Shown piece after piece: positions 8,577 through 17,859 of a stretch of 64,000 nt of DNA. Every line of letters begins with the position of its first letter. The first letter of the stretch is position 1. The translations under genes and the position numbers were made by a program. The notes under the pieces were generated by a model, which ran no database searches, was not told the DNA's origin, and saw only the letters and a program-made list of their open reading frames with translations. Source of the DNA: a virus; the IMG/VR virus record IMGVR_UViG_3300010224_000001, positions 258,571 through 322,570 of that record. One strand, 5' to 3'.

Positions 8577-9446
8577 TTAGCGAGGACGGCGGTTGTAATT
8601 AACACGGTAGGCTTGAATATCATAACCAAGTAATTCGACTTTGTTATTTTGCCAGTGTTCGTTACGCACTTGGACAATTTCGCCATTTACTTCAATCGTG
8701 CCGAACTGAAGATTAACAGTACCGGTAATTTTAACATATGCCTTTGCATCACCAAAATCTTGAATGCCGTCAAAATTAAGAACTTGGTCACGGTAATTAC
8801 TCGCAACAGACGGTGTGAATACATTCAAAGCTTGATCGAGTAAACTGACTTTCACGACAGCGCCATTCACATTCGCGTAGATGTTAGCCAGGCTTACTGC
8901 CGGATCAATGCAGTCGGTGCAATCTTGAATGCCGGTATTAATGAGCGCATCAACAAAGCTAATACCTAGCAGATCGAGTTTCTTACCAAATTGAAGAGCG
9001 GAAGTCAGAATCTCTTGACCTGCGAGTTCAACAACGTTAGGAGTCAGTGTGTTGATGTTGACGAAGAAATCAGCAGACTCTTTCCTGTAGACCGGAACAA
9101 TTGGAAGACCAGGAAGAGTTGCTTCTGCTGGAGCTTCTTCTGTTAAAATATAGCCACTGGTATCTTCGGCACCATACAGTTCCCAATCCTCAGCGAAGAT
9201 GTCTTCCATATTAGGAATCCAGTTCTTAACTAAGCAATTATCTTCGCCAAGTCTGGTTTCTACAGCCATTGAAAAAGTATGGTCTTGTTTACCTTCGCTG
9301 TAATAGGTAAACTTAAACACGTACCTTTTCATAGGTGGAGTTTCCCAAGCTAGACGAGTAACATGAAAGCCTCGTTTCATGCGTTCTAGAGCATCGCCAA
9401 AGGAGAGACCAGTTCTCTTTTCTGCTTCTTGTGTAATTTCGGACAT
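8577..9446 (-). CDS. DUF2829 (Tad2-like) domain fused to an unknown C-terminal domain
   Basis: LSFGDALERMKRG..VTRLAW and WIPNMEDIFAEDW signature motifs. Confidence 0.75.
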   Translation of the reverse strand: MSEITQEAEKRTGLSFGDALERMKRGFHVTRLAWETPPMKRYVFKFTYYSEGKQDHTFSMAVETRLGEDNCLVKNWIPNMEDIFAEDWELYGAEDTSGYILTEEAPAEATLPGLPIVPVYRKESADFFVNINTLTPNVVELAGQEILTSALQFGKKLDLLGISFVDALINTGIQDCTDCIDPAVSLANIYANVNGAVVKVSLLDQALNVFTPSVASNYRDQVLNFDGIQDFGDAKAYVKITGTVNLQFGTIEVNGEIVQVRNEHWQNNKVELLGYDIQAYRVNYNRRPR

Positions 9447-9521
9447 GTTTTGTTTTAAGGTAATAAGAGTTGAATCCTACGCCTCCTAATATTGGAAGCG
9501 TAGGTATTTTGTTATGCCGTC

Positions 9522-9701
9522 TTAACGAATCGAAGCGCTATTACCTTCGAGCACACGCACTTCGTCATCAAAACGAGTATCCGGCACTTTGAAGGTAGAG
9601 CTAGGTTCTTGCTTAGCAGATTCGGTTTTCTGGTTTGCTTTGACCATTCGAGCGATGTCGTCAGTCAGAGGGACTTTACGTTTGGTGATTGGATCGTCCA
9701 T
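9522..9701 (-). CDS. small hypothetical protein (59 aa)
   Basis: ORF filling the gap before the hairpin at 9476-9504. Confidence 0.55.
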   Translation of the reverse strand: MDDPITKRKVPLTDDIARMVKANQKTESAKQEPSSTFKVPDTRFDDEVRVLEGNSASIR

Positions 9702-9707
9702 TTGTAT

Positions 9708-11303
9708 TTATTCAGCCTTAGGAGTATCGGTTTCAAGAGCAATGGATTCTGGTTTATACGAAAGATCATCGATGTGGAAAATCGCACCATTCATACCGCG
9801 AGGTTGCTTTACTTCATCTTGCGGATTAGCTTTCAGATAAGCTTCGACTTCTTCTGGGGTCGGAACTTGACCAGGATCGCCAGTGATCATCTCATTAAAA
9901 GATGCGTTCGACATTTCTTGACCATCCAGAAGCGGAGTCAGATTGACATCAGGATCCACATGACCACCGTCATCTACTGGAGCTTTCGTACCGTCTTCAC
10001 CTTTAAGAACTGCAAACTTTTGACGCCAGCTAACTTCAAGAGCTTTTTCTTCCTCAGGAGTCAAGAAGATAGTACGACCTTTATCATCAGTAATACTAAC
10101 AGTACGGGTCTTATCGGTAGTATCCGCAGTGCCGTCAAGATTACGTTTTACGTTCATGCTAATGAGCGGGACGAATGGCTTGAGCACCGGAGGATCGACC
10201 GACATGTCCATCGTCGTGCTATCTACATTACCAAGGAAGACTTGGAACAGCGCTTCCGCAGTTACGTCACTTGCACAGTTAAGGAAGTTAGCGCGTTCTT
10301 CCGGATCAGTGATCTCTTCAACGCCTAGAGCAAGCTTAAGTGGTTCAGTAGAAGTAGTGATCGCTTCAGCAACCTTTGCTTCTTCTTCCAAGAAATTACT
10401 GTTAGCTTGCACTTGATCCTTAAGACTCTCAGCCAACTTACCAGCCACATCCAGCGCATCACTCAGCTTCGTTTTACGATCAGCCACGTCCGCTTCCAGC
10501 ATAGCGCGCGTCCAAGGTTCGAGCGTATATTCAGAATCCAGCAGTTGGCGCGCAGTCATCGGCTCCATGACTTCCAGTTCATCTTCACCTGCGGTCAGTT
10601 TGTAACCCAATGGCAGAATCATGTTCATGATCACGCCCAGGTGCAGAATCTCTGGATCGGTATTTTGGGTGATGAACTGATTAGCGAACTCGAACCTGAC
10701 TTCAGTCTCGCTAACCTGTACTCCGCTCTTGTTATAAATACGGGTTTCTTCAGTCAGGATTTCACGAACTGAATTACCAATGACAGTATTGAACAAATCA
10801 ATATCGCCATTCGGAAGGTAAATAACGTCCGGAGCATCAATGTGACCGCCGTAACCAATCGAGACTTTGTTAGCCAGTTTCGATTCGCCTACCTTATTGG
10901 TACGGAAGTACGGGAAGTACAGCTTCTCACCGTTTTCCAGAATCGAGCAGATTGCACAATACGGAAGGATCTGACGGAAGTTACGATTACCGGTATACGT
11001 CTGACCATTTTCATCGTAATTTATTTGATTGTCCAACATCTCACGACGACCAATGAACAGATAACTCTTTACTTCTTTCAGCCACTGCACCGCCGGATAA
11101 GCATTAATGCCATCTTTAAAGTTTTCTACATTCCTGACCACAACACCGTTACTGGAGAATGAAATGGGGCTGAAATAATCAGCATCGACAGCTAGGATGA
11201 ATTGCGGATGTTTGGGATCTTCTACATGTTGCTGTTGATCTTCGTTCCACTTATATTTAAACTGAAGTGCGACAGCGAGTTCTTGCGGATTTTCTACTTG
11301 CAT
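9708..11303 (-). CDS. Nudix-like phosphoesterase with a long acidic C-terminal extension
   Basis: SIGYGGHID...VREILTEE Nudix-box variant, HLG and LEPW; ATG at 11303 with AAGGA RBS. Confidence 0.7.
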   Translation of the reverse strand: MQVENPQELAVALQFKYKWNEDQQQHVEDPKHPQFILAVDADYFSPISFSSNGVVVRNVENFKDGINAYPAVQWLKEVKSYLFIGRREMLDNQINYDENGQTYTGNRNFRQILPYCAICSILENGEKLYFPYFRTNKVGESKLANKVSIGYGGHIDAPDVIYLPNGDIDLFNTVIGNSVREILTEETRIYNKSGVQVSETEVRFEFANQFITQNTDPEILHLGVIMNMILPLGYKLTAGEDELEVMEPMTARQLLDSEYTLEPWTRAMLEADVADRKTKLSDALDVAGKLAESLKDQVQANSNFLEEEAKVAEAITTSTEPLKLALGVEEITDPEERANFLNCASDVTAEALFQVFLGNVDSTTMDMSVDPPVLKPFVPLISMNVKRNLDGTADTTDKTRTVSITDDKGRTIFLTPEEEKALEVSWRQKFAVLKGEDGTKAPVDDGGHVDPDVNLTPLLDGQEMSNASFNEMITGDPGQVPTPEEVEAYLKANPQDEVKQPRGMNGAIFHIDDLSYKPESIALETDTPKAE

Positions 11304-11364
11304 GACATTCCTTCTTAGTTGATTATTGGCAATTCTACATTTGATTACGTAGGTGCAACTTTTT

Positions 11365-11694
11365 TTATTTCTTCTTACGTTTCTTAGCAGCTTGAAGAAA
11401 CTTCTCAACCTGATTTATCTTTGCTCTCTTACCGACGATAGAATTAGCGAGAGGTCGTTTACCTTCTTTTGCTTGCTTGTCAAAACTATTTTCAGCAGCA
11501 ATTAACTCCAAGTCAGTCTTCTGTCGGCCTTCAGGACGATTCCATCCGAAGAATGCAGTATTCGGCCAAGGTATTGGAAAGTTAGTACTAGTAACAATCG
11601 TTTCACTTGTTCCAAAAGGAGCACGATAGAAGTATTCACGACTAGACAAACTTGGAGTAGGATACGTAATTTCGGATTTGGTAAAATGTTTCAT
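11365..11694 (-). CDS. hypothetical basic protein
   Basis: ATGA overlap with the upstream gene. Confidence 0.65.
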   Translation of the reverse strand: MKHFTKSEITYPTPSLSSREYFYRAPFGTSETIVTSTNFPIPWPNTAFFGWNRPEGRQKTDLELIAAENSFDKQAKEGKRPLANSIVGKRAKINQVEKFLQAAKKRKKK

Positions 11695-12323
11695 GCTGTT
11701 ACCTCTTCACTACTTGTCAAGAATCTTGAATCGTTCGTTACATCCGGAACGTTTAGATAGAAGTGACCACGAATAGTACCGTTGCCATGAGAACGCAGAT
11801 GTACGACATCATAACCGTTCTTAGTAAACTTAGGTGGGTAGTCATTATCCCAAACGATACGGTCAAACAAGACTTTAAAGCTACCAGCATTGAAGAAGCG
11901 TAGACGCAAGAAAGTAGGATCGCCTTCGCCAAGTCGAACGTATGGCCAATCCTTGGTATAAATAACAAGGTCCTTATCTACCGTGATGTCGTAGCCTCGC
12001 ATGCTATCGCGAAGACTAAAACACAAAGTACTTACTTCAATGTCTTTAACGGGGAAAGCTGTCTGTTCGTCGAAAGGCGACTTCTCAGGTAAGGGATGGG
12101 TGAATGGTAAACATTTAGCCTGATGAAAGACGCCGCGTGTGGTTTGTTCAAACAAACGGACGATCTCATCGAAATGACCAGTTATTGTAGAACTATTATC
12201 TTCGGGTAAATTTAAATCAGTAACCAAGAGTTCCCATTTGCCATTTCCTACAGGTTTCATAACAACTCTTGTACCGTTAAACTCAAATATACCTAATTTA
12301 TCTTGGTGTCGAACATCACCCAT
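11691..12323 (-). CDS. hypothetical two-module protein
   Basis: N-half resembles 13022..13252 and C-half resembles 12345..13025; AAGGTGA RBS before the ATG at 12323. Confidence 0.75.
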   Translation of the reverse strand: MGDVRHQDKLGIFEFNGTRVVMKPVGNGKWELLVTDLNLPEDNSSTITGHFDEIVRLFEQTTRGVFHQAKCLPFTHPLPEKSPFDEQTAFPVKDIEVSTLCFSLRDSMRGYDITVDKDLVIYTKDWPYVRLGEGDPTFLRLRFFNAGSFKVLFDRIVWDNDYPPKFTKNGYDVVHLRSHGNGTIRGHFYLNVPDVTNDSRFLTSSEEVTA

Positions 12324-12344
12324 ACCGTCACCTTGCAAGAAGCA

Positions 12345-13025
12345 TTACTCAAAACCACACATGAGAGGTTCAAGATACACGTTTCTCAAACCACGCGATT
12401 TCATGATCAACATGTCCTTAGATGCTTCGCTAAAGACAGGTAGAATACCATTGTAGAAATTGAAAGCATTAAGTTTATCGTCAAACTTAATTTTGTAATT
12501 TCCCACATCTTCAAACACCAACCAGAGTTGATTGTAGCCGTCTTCATCATCACACATCACTGGCCAGCCTTTGGTGTAGATCGTGATCTCTCGAGACGGA
12601 CCAACTGGACGGAAATACTGAGCCGTACCATTTCTGTAATCCACCGTTACATGTGTATCCGTGGGATGGACAAGAATGTTGTAAACGTTGTTGGGTGGAT
12701 GTTCTGGTAATACTTCAGCTTGCGGACTATCCATCACAGCACGCATGCGTTCGTAGCTATTGCTAACTGTGATCTTGACATCGGTATGACCCATGCCGTA
12801 AGAATCTTCACAGCGCACATCTTCAATCTTGAGATTGTAACCCGACATCTGAGCATCAGCCACCAAACGAGCAGCGGCGCTAGCGATCTCTTTAGCCGAT
12901 CTTACCACTCCACCTTGCAGATCTCGGCTCCAGATCGACGCGTCGATGAAAGGTTTCCTGTTAATGAATTTAATCTTGGTCAGTAAATTGACAAAGATAC
13001 GTCGTGGTTTAATAGTGAATTTCAT
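12345..13025 (-). CDS. hypothetical protein
   Basis: 226 aa; IYTKGWP module shared with the neighbouring gene. Confidence 0.75.
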   Translation of the reverse strand: MKFTIKPRRIFVNLLTKIKFINRKPFIDASIWSRDLQGGVVRSAKEIASAAARLVADAQMSGYNLKIEDVRCEDSYGMGHTDVKITVSNSYERMRAVMDSPQAEVLPEHPPNNVYNILVHPTDTHVTVDYRNGTAQYFRPVGPSREITIYTKGWPVMCDDEDGYNQLWLVFEDVGNYKIKFDDKLNAFNFYNGILPVFSEASKDMLIMKSRGLRNVYLEPLMCGFE

Positions 13026-13252
13026 CGGATTTTCTTGTTGACTTCGTCAGTAATGCTGGCAGAAATCGCACGACGTGTACCTTGTTCAAAAGCACGGCGA
13101 GCAATAGTAACACTCGTATAGGGTGTCTTTACTGGGTTAGGATCACGGTTATCAATATTCGTCAGTGTTACCAGATAACCATTACTGGTCTGTTCGAATA
13201 ACACTGACTTCTCACCGTACTGGAATAAACCTAATTGGTTACTTGAAGACAT
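13022..13252 (-). CDS. hypothetical protein
   Basis: 76 aa, coupled to both neighbours. Confidence 0.7.
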   Translation of the reverse strand: MSSSNQLGLFQYGEKSVLFEQTSNGYLVTLTNIDNRDPNPVKTPYTSVTIARRAFEQGTRRAISASITDEVNKKIR

Positions 13253-13763
13253 TCGAGTCGCTCGGTAGTACGAAGCTTTCTGCTACTTGTTCAGGAGTCA
13301 TCACAACACGCACAGTGTTAGTCTCAACAATGTACTGTCCTGGTGTAATGTATTTGTGATCCCGGCTGCCGTCTGCGAGAATCATCTCGATGAAAGCATT
13401 GCCAAACGAGAATTCCACTTCAGGATGATCACCTGGTTTAAACCACTGGGTAATCTTTACAGGTTCCATCCGCGGCACTACAGTGAGTGTGTTACCTTCG
13501 CCGAAAGCTTTCTTGGAGCAGTCTGGACACAGATCAATATCGCTATTGCGTGTCATCGGACCAGTCCAGCCTAAAGCGCGAGCATCGCGACGAATTGTTT
13601 CATCTTCGTAGGCTTTATAGCCTGCGACAATCGGACCAGGTTTAGTTGAACCGTTACCACCATTGTAATTGGCTTTGCAGCACTGGCACTGAATACTGAT
13701 CCAGCTAAAACCTTGACGTTCGATTCCATCAACGATAGCGGTCTGCATGATTCTATCTTCCAA
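13239..13763 (-). CDS. hypothetical Zn-binding protein
   Basis: CQCC and CPDC motifs. Confidence 0.65.
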   Translation of the reverse strand: MEDRIMQTAIVDGIERQGFSWISIQCQCCKANYNGGNGSTKPGPIVAGYKAYEDETIRRDARALGWTGPMTRNSDIDLCPDCSKKAFGEGNTLTVVPRMEPVKITQWFKPGDHPEVEFSFGNAFIEMILADGSRDHKYITPGQYIVETNTVRVVMTPEQVAESFVLPSDSNVFK

Positions 13764-13782
13764 GAGTGATAATTGAATGGAG

Positions 13783-14826
13783 TTACTTTCGGATTAAACG
13801 TGGCTGTGCTGATTCGTTCTCTGCCAGATGAGTAATGATCTCATCAATAGTAGCTGCATCACCACGGTGGTGGTTTTCACTACAGAGCAGAGCACCTTTC
13901 TTCAGCGATTCAGTCCACGCACGAAGCTTTGGGATATCTCGACGATTGGTATCGCGATAAATTGCACGGCTCATGCCTAACTCAGGATTCGCCGTTTTGA
14001 ATTCACGCATGTCACGCGCGATGGCGTATGCGGTACTAGGTTTAGCACTCATCGGATCACACAGCGCGCGCATATCCGCCCAGTCTTCAATCAATGCAGG
14101 TGCTTGTGGATCACGACCTTTGAGAATAAAAACTGGTTCGCCTTCTGCTAGGTCAATCTTAATCTCGGTCGATTTAGCAGCGTTATATTCAGGGATGGGT
14201 GAACCATCGAAGTGTGCTTTGATCGCTTCTTGTAGCCAGTTCTGATGATCCTCATCGCCTTGTTTGATGCTTTCAAACAGAGTTTCAACTTTCTTATTCA
14301 GCTTACTAATCTGCTCATGCACAAAGGCATCTAAGGAGCTATACAAGTTTCGTTGTTCTGCATCCGACAAGTTATCCCAGCAAAAACCAGGCTGGTCAAT
14401 TGCGTCTTGCAATTCATCGATCGTGAACAGTTCTGATTTAGCTGCAGTCGTATTGCTTTCGAGGGTGGCGATCTGTTCCATGAGGCTAGCTCCTATTAGG
14501 TCTTCCAGTGAAGAATGACGATTATTTAACAGCCAATGATGAAGACTTCCTTTTAAGAAGTACTCACACGAATTAGCAGTAATATCGTTCTCTTCGATTT
14601 TATTCGGTGTGCTAGCAATGATAGAGAAGGCCTCTTGCACGGTCATCCCGCGATGAACTAAACCTTCTAAAGTGCAGCCAAACTCTTTCAGGATGGCGTT
14701 TTTATAATCGGTAAACATGAGGATAGGCAACTCGTGAAGACGTTGACTGTTACTCAGTTTAACGCTATGGTATTCTAGCAATACAGCTGTCTCCATCTCC
14801 TCCGAAGAACTAACGCTTACTCGCAT
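13783..14826 (-). CDS. hypothetical mosaic protein
   Basis: 347-aa ORF with AAGGGA RBS. Confidence 0.75.
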   Translation of the reverse strand: MRVSVSSSEEMETAVLLEYHSVKLSNSQRLHELPILMFTDYKNAILKEFGCTLEGLVHRGMTVQEAFSIIASTPNKIEENDITANSCEYFLKGSLHHWLLNNRHSSLEDLIGASLMEQIATLESNTTAAKSELFTIDELQDAIDQPGFCWDNLSDAEQRNLYSSLDAFVHEQISKLNKKVETLFESIKQGDEDHQNWLQEAIKAHFDGSPIPEYNAAKSTEIKIDLAEGEPVFILKGRDPQAPALIEDWADMRALCDPMSAKPSTAYAIARDMREFKTANPELGMSRAIYRDTNRRDIPKLRAWTESLKKGALLCSENHHRGDAATIDEIITHLAENESAQPRLIRK

Positions 14827-14955
14827 AACGATCCCTTGTTTTGGTTAATTATTTTCTTGCATTGCGGACACTTTCCTTATTATTAATTGCCGCTAATAAA
14901 AAAATAATGCGTCATAGATACTCTACCTCGAACCCGAAGATCCGAGGTAGAGATT

Positions 14956-15393
14956 TCACTGAACAACGAGACATGCATCTGGAGTTGGCTCGAGGTTATC
15001 TGTTAAAAACGCCAGATAACTCCCGATAGTTTTCGCATCTTTAATGTAATTCGCATCTGGACGAATCGCCCAAGTTTGATTACTGTTGCGGTAGTAGCAA
15101 TGAAAGATTTCTAACAACTGTATAGCACGTTCGGATTCAACATCCGGCTGAACGCCGATCGGATCCAATACACGAATGAGTGGATACCGTTCATCGTGGG
15201 GAAGATAGTTCTGTTTGTCTTCGACCAAGAGTTCATATGCTTCTTGGACGTAGCTCTGATACTCATATTCCCAACGCTCTGGGCCTGATATTAAATTTCT
15301 CATCAGATCCATAGTGAAGTTTTGTTCAGCGGCATATACAATCGCCAGATCAAGTGGGAGTTTCACCTCCGACGTATCCACATACACGTTCAT
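14956..15393 (-). CDS. hypothetical protein
   Basis: 145-aa ORF with GGAGG RBS; hairpin follows at 14922-14953. Confidence 0.7.
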   Translation of the reverse strand: MNVYVDTSEVKLPLDLAIVYAAEQNFTMDLMRNLISGPERWEYEYQSYVQEAYELLVEDKQNYLPHDERYPLIRVLDPIGVQPDVESERAIQLLEIFHCYYRNSNQTWAIRPDANYIKDAKTIGSYLAFLTDNLEPTPDACLVVQ

Positions 15394-15985
15394 TTACAAG
15401 TCCTCCTAGCACTGGACGACGGCTGTAATAACAGAAGCGGTAAGAAAGCGTATGGCCATCACGTACTGACTTGTGCGTGCTATATTGATAATCCCAAACA
15501 GTACTATCTACCGTCGGGAAGAATCGATCACACTCGTACGTGTTCTCAAGCAAGGTAAGAATCAAGTCATCAGCAATCGGTAATGCTTGCTGATAAATCG
15601 ATTCGCCACCAATGATGAAAATTTGACGATCACCCGCCATGTCAATCGCTTCTTCCAAAGAAGAGGCAATCTCCACCATCGGGTGAGTAACCGCGCCACT
15701 TGCGCTTACCACAATGTTACGACGACCTTTGAGATATTTCGGATGAGGCAACGACTCTTGAGTCTTACGACCCATGATAATCACGTGGCCTTCGGTGAGT
15801 CGTTTAAATTGCTTCAGGTCTTCCGACAACTTCCACGGAATATCACCATCTTTGCCGATACCCATGCTCTGATCCACGGCAGCGATCAGTGTGATGTTGC
15901 GGGAAGAACCACCACCAGTTTTGTGAATTACTTGCCCATGTGTGTTAAACGTAAAGCGGGCAGGTTTAGTTGTTGTGGATGTCAT
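15350..15985 (-). CDS. folA: dihydrofolate reductase
   Basis: LIAA...GIG.DGDIPWKLSEDLKQFK, IMGRKT, LKGRRNIV, IIGGESIY, CDRFFP. Confidence 0.97.
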   Translation of the reverse strand: MTSTTTKPARFTFNTHGQVIHKTGGGSSRNITLIAAVDQSMGIGKDGDIPWKLSEDLKQFKRLTEGHVIIMGRKTQESLPHPKYLKGRRNIVVSASGAVTHPMVEIASSLEEAIDMAGDRQIFIIGGESIYQQALPIADDLILTLLENTYECDRFFPTVDSTVWDYQYSTHKSVRDGHTLSYRFCYYSRRPVLGGLVNERVCGYVGGETPT

Positions 15986-15994
15986 GATGTTTGA

Positions 15995-16582
15995 TTAAAG
16001 GCGATTCTGAAGAACTAATTCCTGACGATAATCAGAGAACGTGTGAAAGTTACCACTGTTTGTAACAAACCCGCGCACTCCTTTACCAACTGGAAAATTG
16101 TTGATCCAACGCAAACCACGCCCACGTTGATCTTCACGAATGACTTCTTCGATATCTGCAAACGTGTCTTCTTGAGAAGTTGCAACTACGAGAATATCAC
16201 CATACAAAATGGCATTCGGATTATCAACATGCCTGACTCGTTGGTCGCGAATGCTGCCTTTCTCCCGTTCACCAAACCGGTCACGTTGACTAATCTCCAC
16301 CGACTTATAATAGCGTAAGTTCAATGGGTTACTAGCGTTCGGCCAAGGACCTTGTACAGTCACAAGATGAATATCGTACATCTTGTAATAAAAACGCAGC
16401 CAGTACGAAAGGTATCCTAAAGAAGCGATTACAATTAGAACTGCTAATGTTCGAACGGTGAAGTCAGACGGGATGGTAAAGAGCATCCAAGTTACAACTA
16501 ATAGCACTGGAATGAACAGGCAGGTAATCGTGATCAGCTTAAAGGTTTTGTTTATTGCAAAACCTAAACGTTGATAAGACAT
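15995..16582 (-). CDS. membrane protein with two TM helices
   Basis: Two N-terminal hydrophobic segments; GFVTNSG motif like the neighbouring gene. Confidence 0.7.
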   Translation of the reverse strand: MSYQRLGFAINKTFKLITITCLFIPVLLVVTWMLFTIPSDFTVRTLAVLIVIASLGYLSYWLRFYYKMYDIHLVTVQGPWPNASNPLNLRYYKSVEISQRDRFGEREKGSIRDQRVRHVDNPNAILYGDILVVATSQEDTFADIEEVIREDQRGRGLRWINNFPVGKGVRGFVTNSGNFHTFSDYRQELVLQNRL

Positions 16583-16636
16583 GGCAGGAATCCCCTATGA
16601 AAAACGACAAATGATAAATCACTGTTTATCACGTTA

Positions 16637-16665
16637 GTGATATAGCTTTTCTTTCTTTTAGAACC
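16637..16665 (-). promoter_or_regulatory. putative early promoter, GGTTCTAAA...TATATCAC
   Basis: Second copy of the motif, intergenic. Confidence 0.6.
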
Positions 16666-16681
16666 ACATCTACTAAATTAC

Positions 16682-17350
16682 TTATTTGTTACGAGGATGG
16701 TATTCGCTAGGCTCAGTCATGTCTTCCGGCGTGGTCCAGAGGTTTTCAGAGAAGATCTCATCGGGGTGATGAATGTAAAGCGCTTGACCATTTGCTACTG
16801 CTAATGCTCGCGCTTCTCTACGACCGATATACCGATTCGTATTGGTCATGAAACCTTGTTTACACGTGTTGCCCGAAATGTGCATTTCAGACGCATCCTT
16901 TTCCCACATCAAGGTAATGCAGTGGTGATGTCGTCCTGGTTTCATTACTGAATATACATCACCGTTAATTGCTTTAATCGCTGACGCTACGATGATTTCT
17001 TTCTCTTTAGGGAAACCTTCAAAGTAACGCTTTTGCTCAGCTAACTGCTTTGGACTCCAGATGTAAGCTTTATACTTAGGCCAAGATTTAATTGTTACAT
17101 AGCCACGGTATTCCCAGCATTTACTTAGATAGGAGGGAATCGTGGCAACTATACAAACACCCCAGAACAAAGCGGTGATAAGACCCATGCAAATCAACAA
17201 ACCCCAATGGTCGGCTAGCGTGATAGCAGCATTAGCATCTCTGGTAAAGAGGTTCGTTAGAGTACCACTTAACAGTGATACAAAATAGATCTTGCTGAGA
17301 GTATTCCACGGATAGTAACTGACAAGAAATGGAATGAACTTTACCTTCAT
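16682..17350 (-). CDS. membrane-anchored protein with an RHH/QGF.TN/FSE.LW domain
   Basis: Two TM helices followed by a common phage hypothetical domain. Confidence 0.7.
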   Translation of the reverse strand: MKVKFIPFLVSYYPWNTLSKIYFVSLLSGTLTNLFTRDANAAITLADHWGLLICMGLITALFWGVCIVATIPSYLSKCWEYRGYVTIKSWPKYKAYIWSPKQLAEQKRYFEGFPKEKEIIVASAIKAINGDVYSVMKPGRHHHCITLMWEKDASEMHISGNTCKQGFMTNTNRYIGRREARALAVANGQALYIHHPDEIFSENLWTTPEDMTEPSEYHPRNK

Positions 17351-17844
17351 GCTACCGCTCCTTGACGACGCTGTTTAATCGCACAACCGAAGTGCTTACG
17401 AAGAGTAATCGAAATGGCAGCCAATGAATACGGATATTTGGCGGCAATCTCACGCAACTTAATATTCGGTTTATCGGTTGCCATTTTAATCATTCCTTCG
17501 CGTACGTCATCCGGAATCCGTAATTGAACTTTGTAAGGCAGGTGATTCTTCTTAAGACCAAGCTTACAATTACCAGGTGTATATTTACCCTTCTTACGTC
17601 GTAGTACCAAGCAGTACTTGGCTGGATTTGCATTCTTAGGTAAGGCTTTGTATTGCTGCCACAACCATACTACAAAACGACGAGAACCAACACCATTTGG
17701 CTCAGACCATTCTTTGCCAATACAACCATCTCCGTAGCGACTACGTAATGCCGTTAAACGATTACGTAATAGGCGTTGTTCGTACGCGCCAATATCGCGT
17801 CCTAAAATGATTGCGACTTCTTTGTCTTTTTCTTCAAGGGTCAT
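17347..17844 (-). CDS. degenerate HNH-like protein with a C-terminal HTH
   Basis: YG.G...EW...F..W...GKYTPGNC scaffold without the D-R-I-D-N motif; LREIAAKY..SLAAIS HTH. Confidence 0.55.
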   Translation of the reverse strand: MTLEEKDKEVAIILGRDIGAYEQRLLRNRLTALRSRYGDGCIGKEWSEPNGVGSRRFVVWLWQQYKALPKNANPAKYCLVLRRKKGKYTPGNCKLGLKKNHLPYKVQLRIPDDVREGMIKMATDKPNIKLREIAAKYPYSLAAISITLRKHFGCAIKQRRQGAVA

Positions 17845-17859
17845 TGTTGTTGGCTCTTA

